Positions 30,965-41,050 of a stretch of DNA of 64,000 nucleotides are shown here, in pieces. This DNA is from Candidatus Latescibacterota bacterium. GTDB taxonomy: Bacteria; Latescibacterota; UBA2968; UBA8231. The position numbers were made by a program, and so were the translations under genes. Location of the stretch: the NCBI GenBank assembly GCA_965248265.1, contig CBDFJF010000001.1:576001-640000 (forward strand), given 5' to 3'. Each line of letters begins with the position of its first letter. The stretch's first letter is position 1. Below the pieces are notes generated by a model. It saw only the letters and a program-made list of their open reading frames with translations. It was not told the DNA's origin and ran no database searches.

Positions 30965-32372
30965 AGTCCAGGTGCTCGCCCATGACGTCCGGGCCATCGG
31001 CGGGCTTGGCCTCGACCTCCTCGAACTCAAGGTCCACGGCGTCTGCTCGGGGCGTGGGGGAGGAAGAAAGGAAATACCGCATCGCCTCCAGGGCGGCCTC
31101 GTACCGATTGCTCGGATTCCACAGCAACCAACCGGAAGCCCCGCCTTCTCTGGCCGCCCGTAGTTGTTCCGCTACGTAGAGGGCCGAGTAGTCGGTTACC
31201 CCCCAGGGAAACGCCTGGATCCACGGGCGCAGCGTGACACCGTGATGGGCGGCCGTGGCACGGGTTCGTACACACCCTCGGTAGACCAGGTCGAAAGGCC
31301 GTTGCGAGGGATCTTCTATCTCGCCAAACCCAGCGGAAAAATGAGAAGGGTACAGCATCGGGCTGACGATGTCGAGAAACGGCAGCATGCGTTGCAGATC
31401 CTGACCGGTCCGGTGAGAGTCCTCCTCGTGCGCCCAGGCGGCAACACCGAAGACATCGGCCGACATCTGTACTCCATGCGCCTCAGCCACGGCAGAAGCC
31501 TTCTCCACGAAGTCGGTAATGATATCGGCCCGTGAGGGCTCCGAGTGCCCGGGCAGCGCACCGTCGCCGACCGTGGGAAAACGCACGTAGTCAAGTTGAA
31601 GCTCGTCGACTCCCAGCGACGCCGCTTCCTGTATGAGCTCGAAGAGATAACCCTGAACCTCTGGCAGATCCGGATCAACCCACCTCGAAGACCCGTGCTG
31701 GGACCACGCCTGTCCTGTCGCCGTGAGGGGGACCAGGTCAGGCCGGGACGCCGCCAAATGGACGTCTTGGAAGCATACCAGGCGGGCGATCACGTACAGA
31801 CCGAGCTCGTGCAGTCGCTGAACGAAAACACGGGGATCGGCGATTACCGTCTCCCCGGTGGCGCCGAAATCCACGGCGAAATCCACGCGTGAATGGTAGG
31901 TCAGCATGCCATCCCGGTCTTTGATGTCGAAGACGATGGCGTTACCCCCCGCCTCCTTCAGCCGCCGGGCCATGCCAATGCCACCGGTCTCCCCGGACCG
32001 ACGCACGTTGATGTAGATGCCGCGTACGGTTTCACCGCCGATGGTCGAGTCTCGCTCCTGCGTTGGACGGGGATTCAGTCCGAGCGGACCCAGTGGTATG
32101 CGCAGGGACTGTCCCGTGGTCAACACATCGCTGGTCAAGCGGTTGTGGTAGCGTGTCCAGTCCAGCATCTCATGGGCGGTGGCATAGTCGCTTGTTAGAA
32201 AATGCCGCATCACGACTTGAGACAGACTCTGCCCCCGGCGAACGATTACCAGCGTGTCCCGCACGGCCGACAGACTGCCGTCCGCAACCACCGGAGCTCG
32301 CGCGGCGACCTCAGGAGTGCTCACCGCGAGGCCTAGAAGAAGCAAGGCCTGACAGCGGAGTGACGCCTTCAT
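30957..32372 (-). CDS. Exported putative glycoside hydrolase (DUF4015-like TIM barrel) with a LysM-like N-terminus
   Basis: Signal peptide; NAIVFDIKD, ELQLDYVRFP, SPMLYPSH, RPWIQAF, WLLWNPSNRY. Start at ATG 32372 (ATGA overlap). Confidence 0.8.
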   Translation of the reverse strand: MKASLRCQALLLLGLAVSTPEVAARAPVVADGSLSAVRDTLVIVRRGQSLSQVVMRHFLTSDYATAHEMLDWTRYHNRLTSDVLTTGQSLRIPLGPLGLNPRPTQERDSTIGGETVRGIYINVRRSGETGGIGMARRLKEAGGNAIVFDIKDRDGMLTYHSRVDFAVDFGATGETVIADPRVFVQRLHELGLYVIARLVCFQDVHLAASRPDLVPLTATGQAWSQHGSSRWVDPDLPEVQGYLFELIQEAASLGVDELQLDYVRFPTVGDGALPGHSEPSRADIITDFVEKASAVAEAHGVQMSADVFGVAAWAHEEDSHRTGQDLQRMLPFLDIVSPMLYPSHFSAGFGEIEDPSQRPFDLVYRGCVRTRATAAHHGVTLRPWIQAFPWGVTDYSALYVAEQLRAAREGGASGWLLWNPSNRYEAALEAMRYFLSSSPTPRADAVDLEFEEVEAKPADGPDVMGEHLDST

Positions 32373-34162
32373 GGCATCCAGCCCTCGGCGAGAAAACGCT
32401 CTTCGATGGTCAGGTCCGCGAAACTGGTGAGCCACTGCTCCGGTGCTACGAGCTCTTGCTGCTGCTTCATCGTCAGGCGTGAAAACATGATCACCCGGTT
32501 CATGGCAAAAGTCACCGTGGACACCTTGCCACCCTCTAGAAGAACATCAAGATCGTGCCTCTTACCCTGGTACCAAAGTTGGAGGGAGTGGGGGCCGGCG
32601 CTGAGATTGTGCAGCAGCAAACCGTTGGTCGCCTCCATTGTCGAGTCGATGGCGTTGCCGTCGTCGAGTCGTAGGCGCAGTCCGTTGCTTATCAAAGACC
32701 CCAGCGGCGAGAGGACTACGGCCAGCGACGCGTCCAGGGTCTCCAGCATCTCCGGGTCCATCCAGGATTCGGTGGTACCCGCCAGCTCTTCTCGGTACGC
32801 GCCGGGTGTGCGCTGTTCCGGTCGTGACTGCATCCAGGATGGCGGTGACCGGCGCACTACCGGACCATCGGTGCGTTGCAGAGCGTGGGCGACGATATTC
32901 ACAGCCGCCATGAGGGAGGGGCCGGTGGTGACTTCTTCCCCTTCAGCGTCCACACCACCAACCCAATTGCTGTGCAGACCGAGATCACTGACCAGTGCGA
33001 CCAGACGTCCGTCGAGTTCGGCTCCGTAGAGGCCGAGCGCGGGCAGGGTCGGCTGCGCCGGTGGCGCCGGTGTGACGTCTCGTCGGCGCCGGACTCGGAC
33101 ATCGACGGTCGCCGTCGGGGCCAGCCTGCCGGGCCGAAAAGCCCCGGGATAATACCACGAGGTCCCCGGTAGCGAAGCGAAATCAGCAGTTTCCTCTTTG
33201 TAGTACTCGCCCGGAAAGCCCGCGTCGAAATCGTAGTACGAGTGATAAACCGGGTGCGTGGTTGGCAGTGGCGCGAGTCGAGCACCGGGTCCGAGTACCT
33301 CGTGCAGCACGGCCAGCGTCTGGGTGAGAAAGCGATAGCCGTGTGGGCTTACAGGATTCGACTCGATGAACAGGAATCCCCCCTCTCTCAGATAGCGCCC
33401 CAGTAACGTCTTCTCAGCCTGGTTGAAGTTTACAAGAATCGCATCCTGCGAGATCGGCATTCCCCCACCTTCCAACAAAAAGTGAATGGGGTCCTTCAAC
33501 AATTGTTCAGACACGAAATGGCGGTGCTGGACTCCCCGAACCCGGGCAAATATTCCAGTGTAGTCGCGCAAATGACGGGCCACGCCTTCCAACTCACCTG
33601 TACGGCCCGCGCCCACCCCGTAGAGGTTGAGACGCGTGAAGTTGATGAAACCGCGCGTATCCCGACGTCCGAGGGCGCCGACGATTATGGCGGCTCGATA
33701 TCCGTCTGCTTCGGCGAGATCCTGAATACGAAGCAGATCCATGGCGGTCTCCCCCTCTGCCAGCCCTCCAGGCCCGTGCCTGCCCGGAGACATCATACGC
33801 TGGCTGGTGATCGCCAGGGTATCGGCTCGCATTCCCGGGTTCGGTGCAACCAGATCCGTCGCCAGGACGGTTGACGCATCCAGAGATAGTCGCGGCGGTG
33901 GTGCCTCATCAGCATCCTCAGCCTTGCGGGACATCGGCTCTGATGGCACGTATGCAATCTGGGGTGCCGGGCGCGATTTCGGACGCACAGTGGTCAGTCG
34001 TCGGGGTTCGAAGCGGGGGGTCAATGCCAATCGGTAGCGGAATGCCTCGCCCTGCCGTACCTCGCTCCACCAGATATCGGCGAACCAGATCACCAGAACA
34101 TGCAGGAGCGCGGAGGCGGCGATACCCACCACCACTGCACGGTCACGGGGAGATCGTTTCAC
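32369..34162 (-). CDS. Membrane-anchored DUF4159-like protein
   Basis: N-terminal TM (ASALLHVL); YLREGGFLFIE, HPVYHSYYDF, LDGRLVALVS, AVNIVAHAL. Confidence 0.65.
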   Translation of the reverse strand: MKRSPRDRAVVVGIAASALLHVLVIWFADIWWSEVRQGEAFRYRLALTPRFEPRRLTTVRPKSRPAPQIAYVPSEPMSRKAEDADEAPPPRLSLDASTVLATDLVAPNPGMRADTLAITSQRMMSPGRHGPGGLAEGETAMDLLRIQDLAEADGYRAAIIVGALGRRDTRGFINFTRLNLYGVGAGRTGELEGVARHLRDYTGIFARVRGVQHRHFVSEQLLKDPIHFLLEGGGMPISQDAILVNFNQAEKTLLGRYLREGGFLFIESNPVSPHGYRFLTQTLAVLHEVLGPGARLAPLPTTHPVYHSYYDFDAGFPGEYYKEETADFASLPGTSWYYPGAFRPGRLAPTATVDVRVRRRRDVTPAPPAQPTLPALGLYGAELDGRLVALVSDLGLHSNWVGGVDAEGEEVTTGPSLMAAVNIVAHALQRTDGPVVRRSPPSWMQSRPEQRTPGAYREELAGTTESWMDPEMLETLDASLAVVLSPLGSLISNGLRLRLDDGNAIDSTMEATNGLLLHNLSAGPHSLQLWYQGKRHDLDVLLEGGKVSTVTFAMNRVIMFSRLTMKQQQELVAPEQWLTSFADLTIEERFLAEGWMP

Positions 34163-34192
34163 TTGCTATGCCATTCTGACTTCGTGAACACG

Positions 34193-34210
34193 GGCGTGCG
34201 ATCGCACGCC
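34193..34210. promoter_or_regulatory. Perfect 18-bp palindrome in a divergent promoter region
   Basis: GGCGTGCGATCGCACGCC is its own reverse complement. Confidence 0.45.
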
Positions 34211-34309
34211 AGCCCGACACCGAAGATATGCTGCTAACGTTAATAAAATCAATTTTTTATCGATCGGCGCAAGAGCGCTTCAGGGCCGTTTTCGGCTGCC
34301 TTACGACCC

Positions 34310-34337
34310 TTGCACGACAAGGCCCCTCCCGTATATT
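34310..34337 (+). promoter_or_regulatory. Possible sigma70 promoter for the PDH operon
   Basis: TTGCAC, 16-nt spacer, TATATT. Confidence 0.5.
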
Positions 34338-34388
34338 GTCTTGCTCTCGCAGACCCCGTCCTCGCGATCATCAAGATGATCAGTCACC

Positions 34389-34554
34389 AGGAGCCTGTCC
34401 GAGTATTCGCTTTGATAGGCGAGGGGGCGTCATTGTCGTCGATGGCAAGGCGCGTGATCGATCTGAATTGATGAATTCAGAGAGAGAAACGGAACGCTGG
34501 CAGCGGCGGCAATGACGCCCCCGCAGCCCAAATGGGATACTCGGACAGGCTCCT
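34389..34554. mobile_element. MITE-like long hairpin element in the aceE leader
   Basis: Perfect 18-bp terminal inverted repeats (AGGAGCCTGTCCGAGTAT / ATACTCGGACAGGCTCCT), an inner 13-bp inverted repeat and a central hairpin; no transposase. Confidence 0.6.
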
Positions 34555-34572
34555 AGAGAGGTTGGATCCGAA

Positions 34573-37251
34573 TTGAGTCAGGAATCGAAACCGGATACCC
34601 ACGAGTACGCGCTGGAAGAGCAGGAGTGGCTGGAGTCTCTGGATTATGTCCTCGCCACCCATCCGGCGGAGCGAGTTCAGCAATTGTTGCGGCAATTGCT
34701 CGACCGCGCCGAACAGACGGGCGTCCAGTTCCCCTTTTCGGCCAACAGGCCTTACGTCAATACGATCAGACGGTCTGAGCAGCCGGCCTTCCCCGGCGAT
34801 CGAGAGATCGAGCGGCGAATCAAGAGCCTGATTCGCTGGAACGCCATGGCGATGGTGGTGCGAGCCAATCGGGATGCCGAGGCGTCTCCTGGAGGGCACA
34901 TTTCAACCTATGCCTCCCTGGCCACCCTCTACGAGGTCGGCTTCAATCACTTCTTCAAAGCCCGCGGCGACGGGCACAGCGGCGATCAGATCTATTTCCA
35001 GGGGCACTCCACCCCGGGGATTTACGCCCGCGCTTTTCTCGAGGGACGGCTGACGGAGCGCCATCTCGAAAACTTCCGGCGCGAACTGCGAGAAGAGGGC
35101 GGTCTGTCATCCTATCCACACCCGTGGTTGATGCCCGATTTCTGGCAATTCCCAACGGTGTCGATGGGGCTGGGACCGATTCTGTCGATCTACCAGGCTC
35201 GTTTCAACAAATACCTGCACGATCGCGACCTGGTGACCACCGATGGTTCGAAGGTATGGGCCTTTTTGGGAGACGGAGAGACCGATGAGCCTGAGGCTCT
35301 GGGTGCCATCAACCTGGCCTCCCGTGAACACCTCGACAATCTGATCTGGGTTATAAACTGCAATCTGCAGCGGCTCGACGGACCAGTCCGCGGCAACAGC
35401 AAGATCATCCAGGAACTCGAGGCGGCCTTCCGGGGCGCTGGCTGGAACGTCATCAAGGTGGTCTGGGGTGACGACTGGGATCCCCTTCTGGAGCGAGACA
35501 GCGAGGGCGCCCTGATGAAGCGCATGGGTGAGGTGGTGGATGGCGAGTACCAGAAATACACCGTCTCCGATGGCGCCTACATCCGCGAGCACTTTTTCGG
35601 CACGGACCCGAGGATGCTCAAGCTGGTCGAGCATCTGACGGACGATCAGCTACAGAAGATGCGCCGCGGCGGACATGATCCGGAGAAGGTCTACTCCGCC
35701 TTCAAGGCCGCGGTGGAAAACAGCGGATCGCCAACAGTCATTCTTGCGAAAACGGTCAAGGGATACGGGTTGGGAGAGGCGGGTGAGGGCAAGAACATTA
35801 CGCATCAACAGAAAAAACTCAACGAGGAAGAACTCGGCGAGTTTCGTTCCCGCTTCGGCATACCGATCTCGGATGACGACGTTGCCGCCGCGCCGTTCTA
35901 CCGCCCTCCAGAAGACAGCCCGGAGATCCGCTACTTGCATGAAAGGCGGGAAGCGCTCGGAGGATACTTGCCCGATCGCAAGGTGCTGGCGCAACCGCTG
36001 AAGACCCCGCCGACCGATTTCTTCGAGGAGTTCAAGGAAGGCTCGGGCGAGCGCGAGATTGCCACGACCATGGCTTTCGCCCGGGTGCTGACGAAGCTGA
36101 TGCGGCACGAGGAGATCGGCAAGCTGATCGTCCCCATCATCCCGGACGAGGCCCGCACCTTTGGCCTGGACGCCCTGTTCAGACCATTCGGCATCTACTC
36201 CCACGCCGGGCAGCTCTACGAGCCGGTGGACCGGGATACCCTGTCCTATTACAAAGAGGCCAAGGACGGGCAGGTTCTCGAGGAAGGCATCACGGAAGCC
36301 GGAGCCATGTCATCGTTCATCGCCGCCGGCACGGCCTACTCGACACACGGCGTCAACACCATCCCGTTTTTCGTCTACTACAGCATGTTCGGCATGCAAC
36401 GCATCGGCGACCAGGTCTGGTTGGCCGGGGACATGCGCTGCCGCGGCTTCATGATCGGAGGCACGGCCGGCCGCACCAGCTTGAGCGGCGAAGGCCTGCA
36501 GCACAACGACGGCAACAGCCATCTGCTGGCCTATCCAGTTCCGAACCTGATGGCCTACGATCTGGCCTTTGCCTACGAAATCGAGGTGGTCATCCGCGAC
36601 GGCATCCGGCGGATGTACGAGGAGCAGGAAAGCATCTTCTATTACCTGACGGTGGAGAACGAGAACTACGTCATGCCACCGATGCCGGAGGGTTGCGAGG
36701 AGGGCATTCTCCGCGGCCTCTATAAGTTCAAGCCGTCGACGAAAAAACGCTCAAAGCTGAAGGCCCATCTGCTGGGCAGCGGTGCCATCGTCAACATGGC
36801 TCTCGAAGCCCAGGATATTCTGGAGGAGCGCTATGGCGTCGCCACCGACGTATGGAGTGTGACCAGCTTCAAGCAACTACATTACGATGGAATCGAATGC
36901 GACCGCTGGAATCGAATGCACCCGGGAGAGGAGCCGCGTGTGCCTCACGTTGCTTTCTGTGTCGGCGGCGAAAAAGGAGTGTTCGTCGTCGCTTCCGACT
37001 ACGTCAAAGCTCTGTCGGAATCGATTGCCCGCTGGTTCCCGAAACCGCCGGTGTCACTGGGCACTGATGGCTTCGGGCGCAGCGAAGGACGTCGCGAGTT
37101 GCGAGATTTCTTCGAGGTCGACGCCCGCTTCATCGTGCTTTCCGCCCTCAGTGCCCTCGCCTCCGAAGACAGCATCGAGGAAAACGTCGTAGTTGACGCC
37201 ATGAAGGACATGGGTATCGACCCGGAAAAGCCCAACCCCGTTATCAGCTGA
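34573..37251 (+). CDS. aceE: Pyruvate dehydrogenase E1 (homodimeric type)
   Basis: GGHISTYAS, SSYPHPWLMP, TPP motif GDGETDE...N, DEARTFG. Confidence 0.98.
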   Translation: MSQESKPDTHEYALEEQEWLESLDYVLATHPAERVQQLLRQLLDRAEQTGVQFPFSANRPYVNTIRRSEQPAFPGDREIERRIKSLIRWNAMAMVVRANRDAEASPGGHISTYASLATLYEVGFNHFFKARGDGHSGDQIYFQGHSTPGIYARAFLEGRLTERHLENFRRELREEGGLSSYPHPWLMPDFWQFPTVSMGLGPILSIYQARFNKYLHDRDLVTTDGSKVWAFLGDGETDEPEALGAINLASREHLDNLIWVINCNLQRLDGPVRGNSKIIQELEAAFRGAGWNVIKVVWGDDWDPLLERDSEGALMKRMGEVVDGEYQKYTVSDGAYIREHFFGTDPRMLKLVEHLTDDQLQKMRRGGHDPEKVYSAFKAAVENSGSPTVILAKTVKGYGLGEAGEGKNITHQQKKLNEEELGEFRSRFGIPISDDDVAAAPFYRPPEDSPEIRYLHERREALGGYLPDRKVLAQPLKTPPTDFFEEFKEGSGEREIATTMAFARVLTKLMRHEEIGKLIVPIIPDEARTFGLDALFRPFGIYSHAGQLYEPVDRDTLSYYKEAKDGQVLEEGITEAGAMSSFIAAGTAYSTHGVNTIPFFVYYSMFGMQRIGDQVWLAGDMRCRGFMIGGTAGRTSLSGEGLQHNDGNSHLLAYPVPNLMAYDLAFAYEIEVVIRDGIRRMYEEQESIFYYLTVENENYVMPPMPEGCEEGILRGLYKFKPSTKKRSKLKAHLLGSGAIVNMALEAQDILEERYGVATDVWSVTSFKQLHYDGIECDRWNRMHPGEEPRVPHVAFCVGGEKGVFVVASDYVKALSESIARWFPKPPVSLGTDGFGRSEGRRELRDFFEVDARFIVLSALSALASEDSIEENVVVDAMKDMGIDPEKPNPVIS

Positions 37252-37264
37252 TGGCATCGTCTCT

Positions 37265-38902
37265 ATGAGTTCGATTGAGTTCAAACTCCCCGATCTGGGA
37301 GAAAACATCGAGGCCGGAGAAGTCTTGAGTGTACTAGTCAGTGCCGGCGATCAATTGGAAGAAAACCAACCGGTAGTCGAACTGGAGACCGACAAGGCCG
37401 TGATCGAGGTGCCCTCATCCGTGAGCGGGCGGGTCACCGAGGTCCATGTGAGTCAGGGTGACCGGGCCGCGGTGGGACAGCTGATCCTGACCGTGGATGG
37501 AGCGGCTGAGGGTGACTCCGAACCCCCGAGCGCGGCAGCGGAACCGGCCACCTCAACCTCCGACGAGACGCCTGAGCTGCCAGCACCGGCGCCAGAGCCG
37601 GTTGCCTCAGCCGCAACGGCCGGGGGCTCGCGCGCCGAATTGCATCTCCCGGAACTGGGCGAGGGCGTGGATGGCGGTGATGTTATCGGCATTCTCGTCA
37701 ATGTCGGGGACAGCATCGCCGTGGATCAGCCGGTAATCGAAATCGAGATCGACAAAGGAGTGGTGGAGATGCCCGCGACGGTGGCCGGCATCGTTGAAGA
37801 GATCCATGTGAAGAAAGGAGACCGCGCCACGGAGGGACAGCTGATCCTCGTGATCAATGCTGCCGGCGTCTCCCCAGCTGTCGAAGCCGTTGCGCCCGTG
37901 GAAGCAAAAACCGCGACGCCGTCCCCTGCACCGGCTGTGCCACCGCCGGCTGCTCCAGCACCGGTGGCTGCTCCGGCACCAGCAACAGCCCCAGCTCGAA
38001 AGTTGATCCCCGCCGCACCTTCCGTACGACGTTTCGCGCGCGAGATCGGCATCGACATCGCACAGGTGACTGGGTCAGGTTCACGAGGACGGCTGTCGAT
38101 CCAGGACGTTAAGACCCACGCCAAGGGGCTGAACACCGGCCGTACTCAGGGGACCTCCTCCACCGTTGAAGCGGCGCCGCTTCCTGATTTCACCAAATGG
38201 GGTGAGATCGAGCGCGAACCGATGAGCAACGTCCGCCGAATTACTGCTAACCACATGGCGCGAGCCTGGGCGACGATCCCGCACGTGACCCAGTTCGACA
38301 AGGCCGACGTCACTCAGCTGGAGGTGTGGCGCAAGCAATTCGCCAAGCGAGCGGAGGCCGCCGGTGGCAAGCTGACGCCAACGGCAATCGTGCTCAAAAT
38401 CGCCGCCGCCGCACTGCACCGGTTTCCGCAGTTTTGCGCCAGCATCGATATGGCTGGTGAAGAGGTGATCTACAAAAAGTATTGCCACATCGGTGTCGCC
38501 GTCGACACACCCAGAGGACTGCTGGTACCGGTCGTTCGTGATGTCGACCGCAAGAATATCATCGAATTGGCAGTCGAATTGACTTCGATTGCCGAGAAGG
38601 CACGCACCGGTAAGCTCTCCATCGATGACATGCAGGGTGGCTGCTTTACCATCAGCAATCTCGGGGGAATCGGCGGCACCGCCTTCACCCCGATCGTCAA
38701 CGCACCGGAGGTGGGCATCCTCGGTATCGCGCGCAGCAACCACGAGCCGGTACTCACGGACGGACAGTTTGAGCCGCGCCTCATGATGCCACTGTCACTG
38801 TCGTTCGACCACCGTCTCATCGATGGGGCGGACGGGGCGCGCTTCCTGCGCTGGCTCTGCGAAGCCGTCGAGAATCCGTTCCTGCTGGCCCTCGAGGGTT
38901 GA
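37265..38902 (+). CDS. aceF: Dihydrolipoamide acetyltransferase E2 with two lipoyl domains
   Basis: Lipoyl-Lys motifs ETDKA and EIDKG, E3-binding PSVRRFARE, catalytic DHRLIDG. Confidence 0.96.
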   Translation: MSSIEFKLPDLGENIEAGEVLSVLVSAGDQLEENQPVVELETDKAVIEVPSSVSGRVTEVHVSQGDRAAVGQLILTVDGAAEGDSEPPSAAAEPATSTSDETPELPAPAPEPVASAATAGGSRAELHLPELGEGVDGGDVIGILVNVGDSIAVDQPVIEIEIDKGVVEMPATVAGIVEEIHVKKGDRATEGQLILVINAAGVSPAVEAVAPVEAKTATPSPAPAVPPPAAPAPVAAPAPATAPARKLIPAAPSVRRFAREIGIDIAQVTGSGSRGRLSIQDVKTHAKGLNTGRTQGTSSTVEAAPLPDFTKWGEIEREPMSNVRRITANHMARAWATIPHVTQFDKADVTQLEVWRKQFAKRAEAAGGKLTPTAIVLKIAAAALHRFPQFCASIDMAGEEVIYKKYCHIGVAVDTPRGLLVPVVRDVDRKNIIELAVELTSIAEKARTGKLSIDDMQGGCFTISNLGGIGGTAFTPIVNAPEVGILGIARSNHEPVLTDGQFEPRLMMPLSLSFDHRLIDGADGARFLRWLCEAVENPFLLALEG

Positions 38903-38905
38903 GGG

Positions 38906-40333
38906 TTGATGGGAAACAGCACTCAACTGGTCGTCATCGGCGCTGGACCCGGAGGCTACGTCGCCGCCTTCAAAGCAGCGGACCTCGGCCTCGACGTCAC
39001 CCTGATCGATCTGGACCCCAACCCCGGAGGCGTCTGCCTCTACCGGGGATGCATCCCATCCAAAGCCCTGTTGCACGTTTCGCGCCTGCTGACCGAGTCG
39101 CGGGAAGCAGAAGAGTGGGGCATCAAGTTCGCCGAACCCGAAGTCGATCTGGACCAATTGAGGGCGTTCAAGGATCGCGTTGTCGCGCGCATGACCGGCG
39201 GCCTGGGGCAACTGTCCAAAGCCCGTAAGGTCACCTACATCCAGGGCCGCGCGCGTTTCAGTGGCCCGCACTCAGTGCAGATCGAAAAGCAGGACGGCAG
39301 CGAATCCGAGTTGACCTTCGAGCACGCCATCCTGGCTACGGGATCACGACCGGCCATGCCGAGACTGTTCGACATCGGTGACGACGTCGGTAGAGTCATG
39401 GATTCGACCGACGCCCTCGAACTGACTGACATTCCAGCGCGTCTTCTGGTAGTCGGCGGCGGCATCATCGGGGTGGAGCTGGGATCCGTCTACGCCGCCC
39501 TGGGCTCGGCTGTGTCCGTTGTCGAGATGATGCCGGGCTTGGTACCTCCGGCTGACCGCGACCTGGTGAAGCCGCTGCATTCGATGCTCGACAAGCGCTT
39601 TGAGAGCATCATGGTGGACACCAAGGTCACCCGCGTGGAGGCGGAGGGCGATTCCATCAGCGTCGAGATGGAGGCAGCCGACGGCACCAAATCATCTGCC
39701 CAGTATGACAAACTGCTGATCTCGGTAGGGAGAATCCCCAACTCGCAGGACCTGGGCCTGGAGACGACGGCCGTCGCCGTCGATGAGGCTGGCTACGTGC
39801 AGGTCGATGGACAACGTCGCACCGCGGAAACCTCGATTTTCGCCATCGGCGACATCATCGGTTCGGGCCTGGCCCACACGGCATCCCATGAGGGCACGGT
39901 CGCGGCGGAGGTGATCGCCGGCCATCAGAGAGTCGTCTTCGAACCCAACGCCATCCCCAGCGTCGTTTACACGGATCCGGAGGTCGCCTGGTGCGGGTTG
40001 ACGGAGGAGGAGGCCAGAATAGAGGGCCGCGAGATCGTCGTGTCCCGCTTCCCCTGGGCAGCATCGGGAAGAGCCACGACCGTCGACCGCAACGAGGGCC
40101 TGACCAAGATCATCGTCGATCCCGAAACGGATCGGGTGCTTGGGGTCGGTATCGTCGGCGTCGGCGCCGGCGAACTCATTGCCGAGGGCGTTCTGGCCGT
40201 CGAAATGGCTGCCCTGGTCAGCGACCTGCAGCTGACCATTCACCCACATCCCACCCTGTCGGAGACCGTGATGGAAGCCGCTGAGGCCCACTACGGCCAG
40301 AGCCCCCATATCTACGCCCCAAAGAAGAAGTAG
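38906..40333 (+). CDS. lpdA: Dihydrolipoamide dehydrogenase E3
   Basis: IGAGPGGY, GGVCLYRGCIPSK, HPHPTLSE. Confidence 0.97.
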   Translation: MMGNSTQLVVIGAGPGGYVAAFKAADLGLDVTLIDLDPNPGGVCLYRGCIPSKALLHVSRLLTESREAEEWGIKFAEPEVDLDQLRAFKDRVVARMTGGLGQLSKARKVTYIQGRARFSGPHSVQIEKQDGSESELTFEHAILATGSRPAMPRLFDIGDDVGRVMDSTDALELTDIPARLLVVGGGIIGVELGSVYAALGSAVSVVEMMPGLVPPADRDLVKPLHSMLDKRFESIMVDTKVTRVEAEGDSISVEMEAADGTKSSAQYDKLLISVGRIPNSQDLGLETTAVAVDEAGYVQVDGQRRTAETSIFAIGDIIGSGLAHTASHEGTVAAEVIAGHQRVVFEPNAIPSVVYTDPEVAWCGLTEEEARIEGREIVVSRFPWAASGRATTVDRNEGLTKIIVDPETDRVLGVGIVGVGAGELIAEGVLAVEMAALVSDLQLTIHPHPTLSETVMEAAEAHYGQSPHIYAPKKK

Positions 40334-40447
40334 CTACACCAACACCCATCGCCCACAGCCCGCCTGCCCCGGCAAGGTTTTCCCACACCAGATGCTGGAT
40401 AGTGGGAAATCGATTCCACTGCCATCGACCCGACTGGGTTCTAGGTA

Positions 40448-40461
40448 GGTCTATTAAGACC
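40448..40461. promoter_or_regulatory. Palindrome GGTCT-N4-AGACC, candidate enhancer site
   Basis: Inverted repeat in an AT-rich spacer about 140 bp upstream of a sigma54 motif. Confidence 0.4.
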
Positions 40462-40595
40462 AATAAAAACAAGAGGTTGTATTATTTACGTCCTGTCCCC
40501 CAGTCAATCTGATGAAGGGCACGGTTTTTGCGGGTTTTTGCGATTGAGAAGAGTGATTGACAGATACTACCGGTCCGCCCGGGCGATTGGGCCTC

Positions 40596-40611
40596 TGGCG
40601 CTAGGATTGCT
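40596..40611 (+). promoter_or_regulatory. Sigma54 (-24/-12) promoter motif
   Basis: TGGCGCT-AGGA-TTGCT with exact GG-N10-GC spacing, just upstream of a small ORF. Confidence 0.6.
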
Positions 40612-40625
40612 CTGGATTCCTGACC

Positions 40626-40865
40626 GTGCAAACTGAGATGAATACTTCGAACACCAACGTCATCGGACGCAGGCTGGACGAGCTGGATCGCCAGATCCAT
40701 ACCTGCCTCAAGGACATCCGCAAGAACCTGAAGGAACTTGAACAGGTGTCCAGCCAAGACGATTCCACTCCAGCCGGCGGCTCGGCCAAGACCGGTGCCG
40801 ACAAGCGTTTCTCTACCCTGTTCAAGGCCGCTCTGCAGGATCAAGACCCCCCGGCACCCGAATAG
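40626..40865 (+). CDS. Small hypothetical coiled-coil protein
   Basis: 79-aa ORF with a heptad-like segment LDELDRQIHTCLKDIRKNLKELEQ, directly behind the sigma54 motif. The start may be ATG 40638. Confidence 0.6.
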   Translation: MQTEMNTSNTNVIGRRLDELDRQIHTCLKDIRKNLKELEQVSSQDDSTPAGGSAKTGADKRFSTLFKAALQDQDPPAPE

Positions 40866-41050
40866 CCACCACCCCCCACAGACCGGTCGCCAGGGTCATC
40901 CTTCGCTGGCGGCCAAATTATTGCCTCACGGTCTTCTTCCATATATCCGATAAGTTTGTTGTCGGGGGTAACGGCACCTACTTATCTTTGGCCACCCGTC
41001 TTCAGGCTGTATCTCGAAACGCTCCATCCTCGAAACGCGAGCATCCGTCG

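Noticed and set aside
37500-37995. Ala/Pro-rich low-complexity repeats in aceF
   Set aside because: Normal flexible linkers flanking E2 lipoyl domains.
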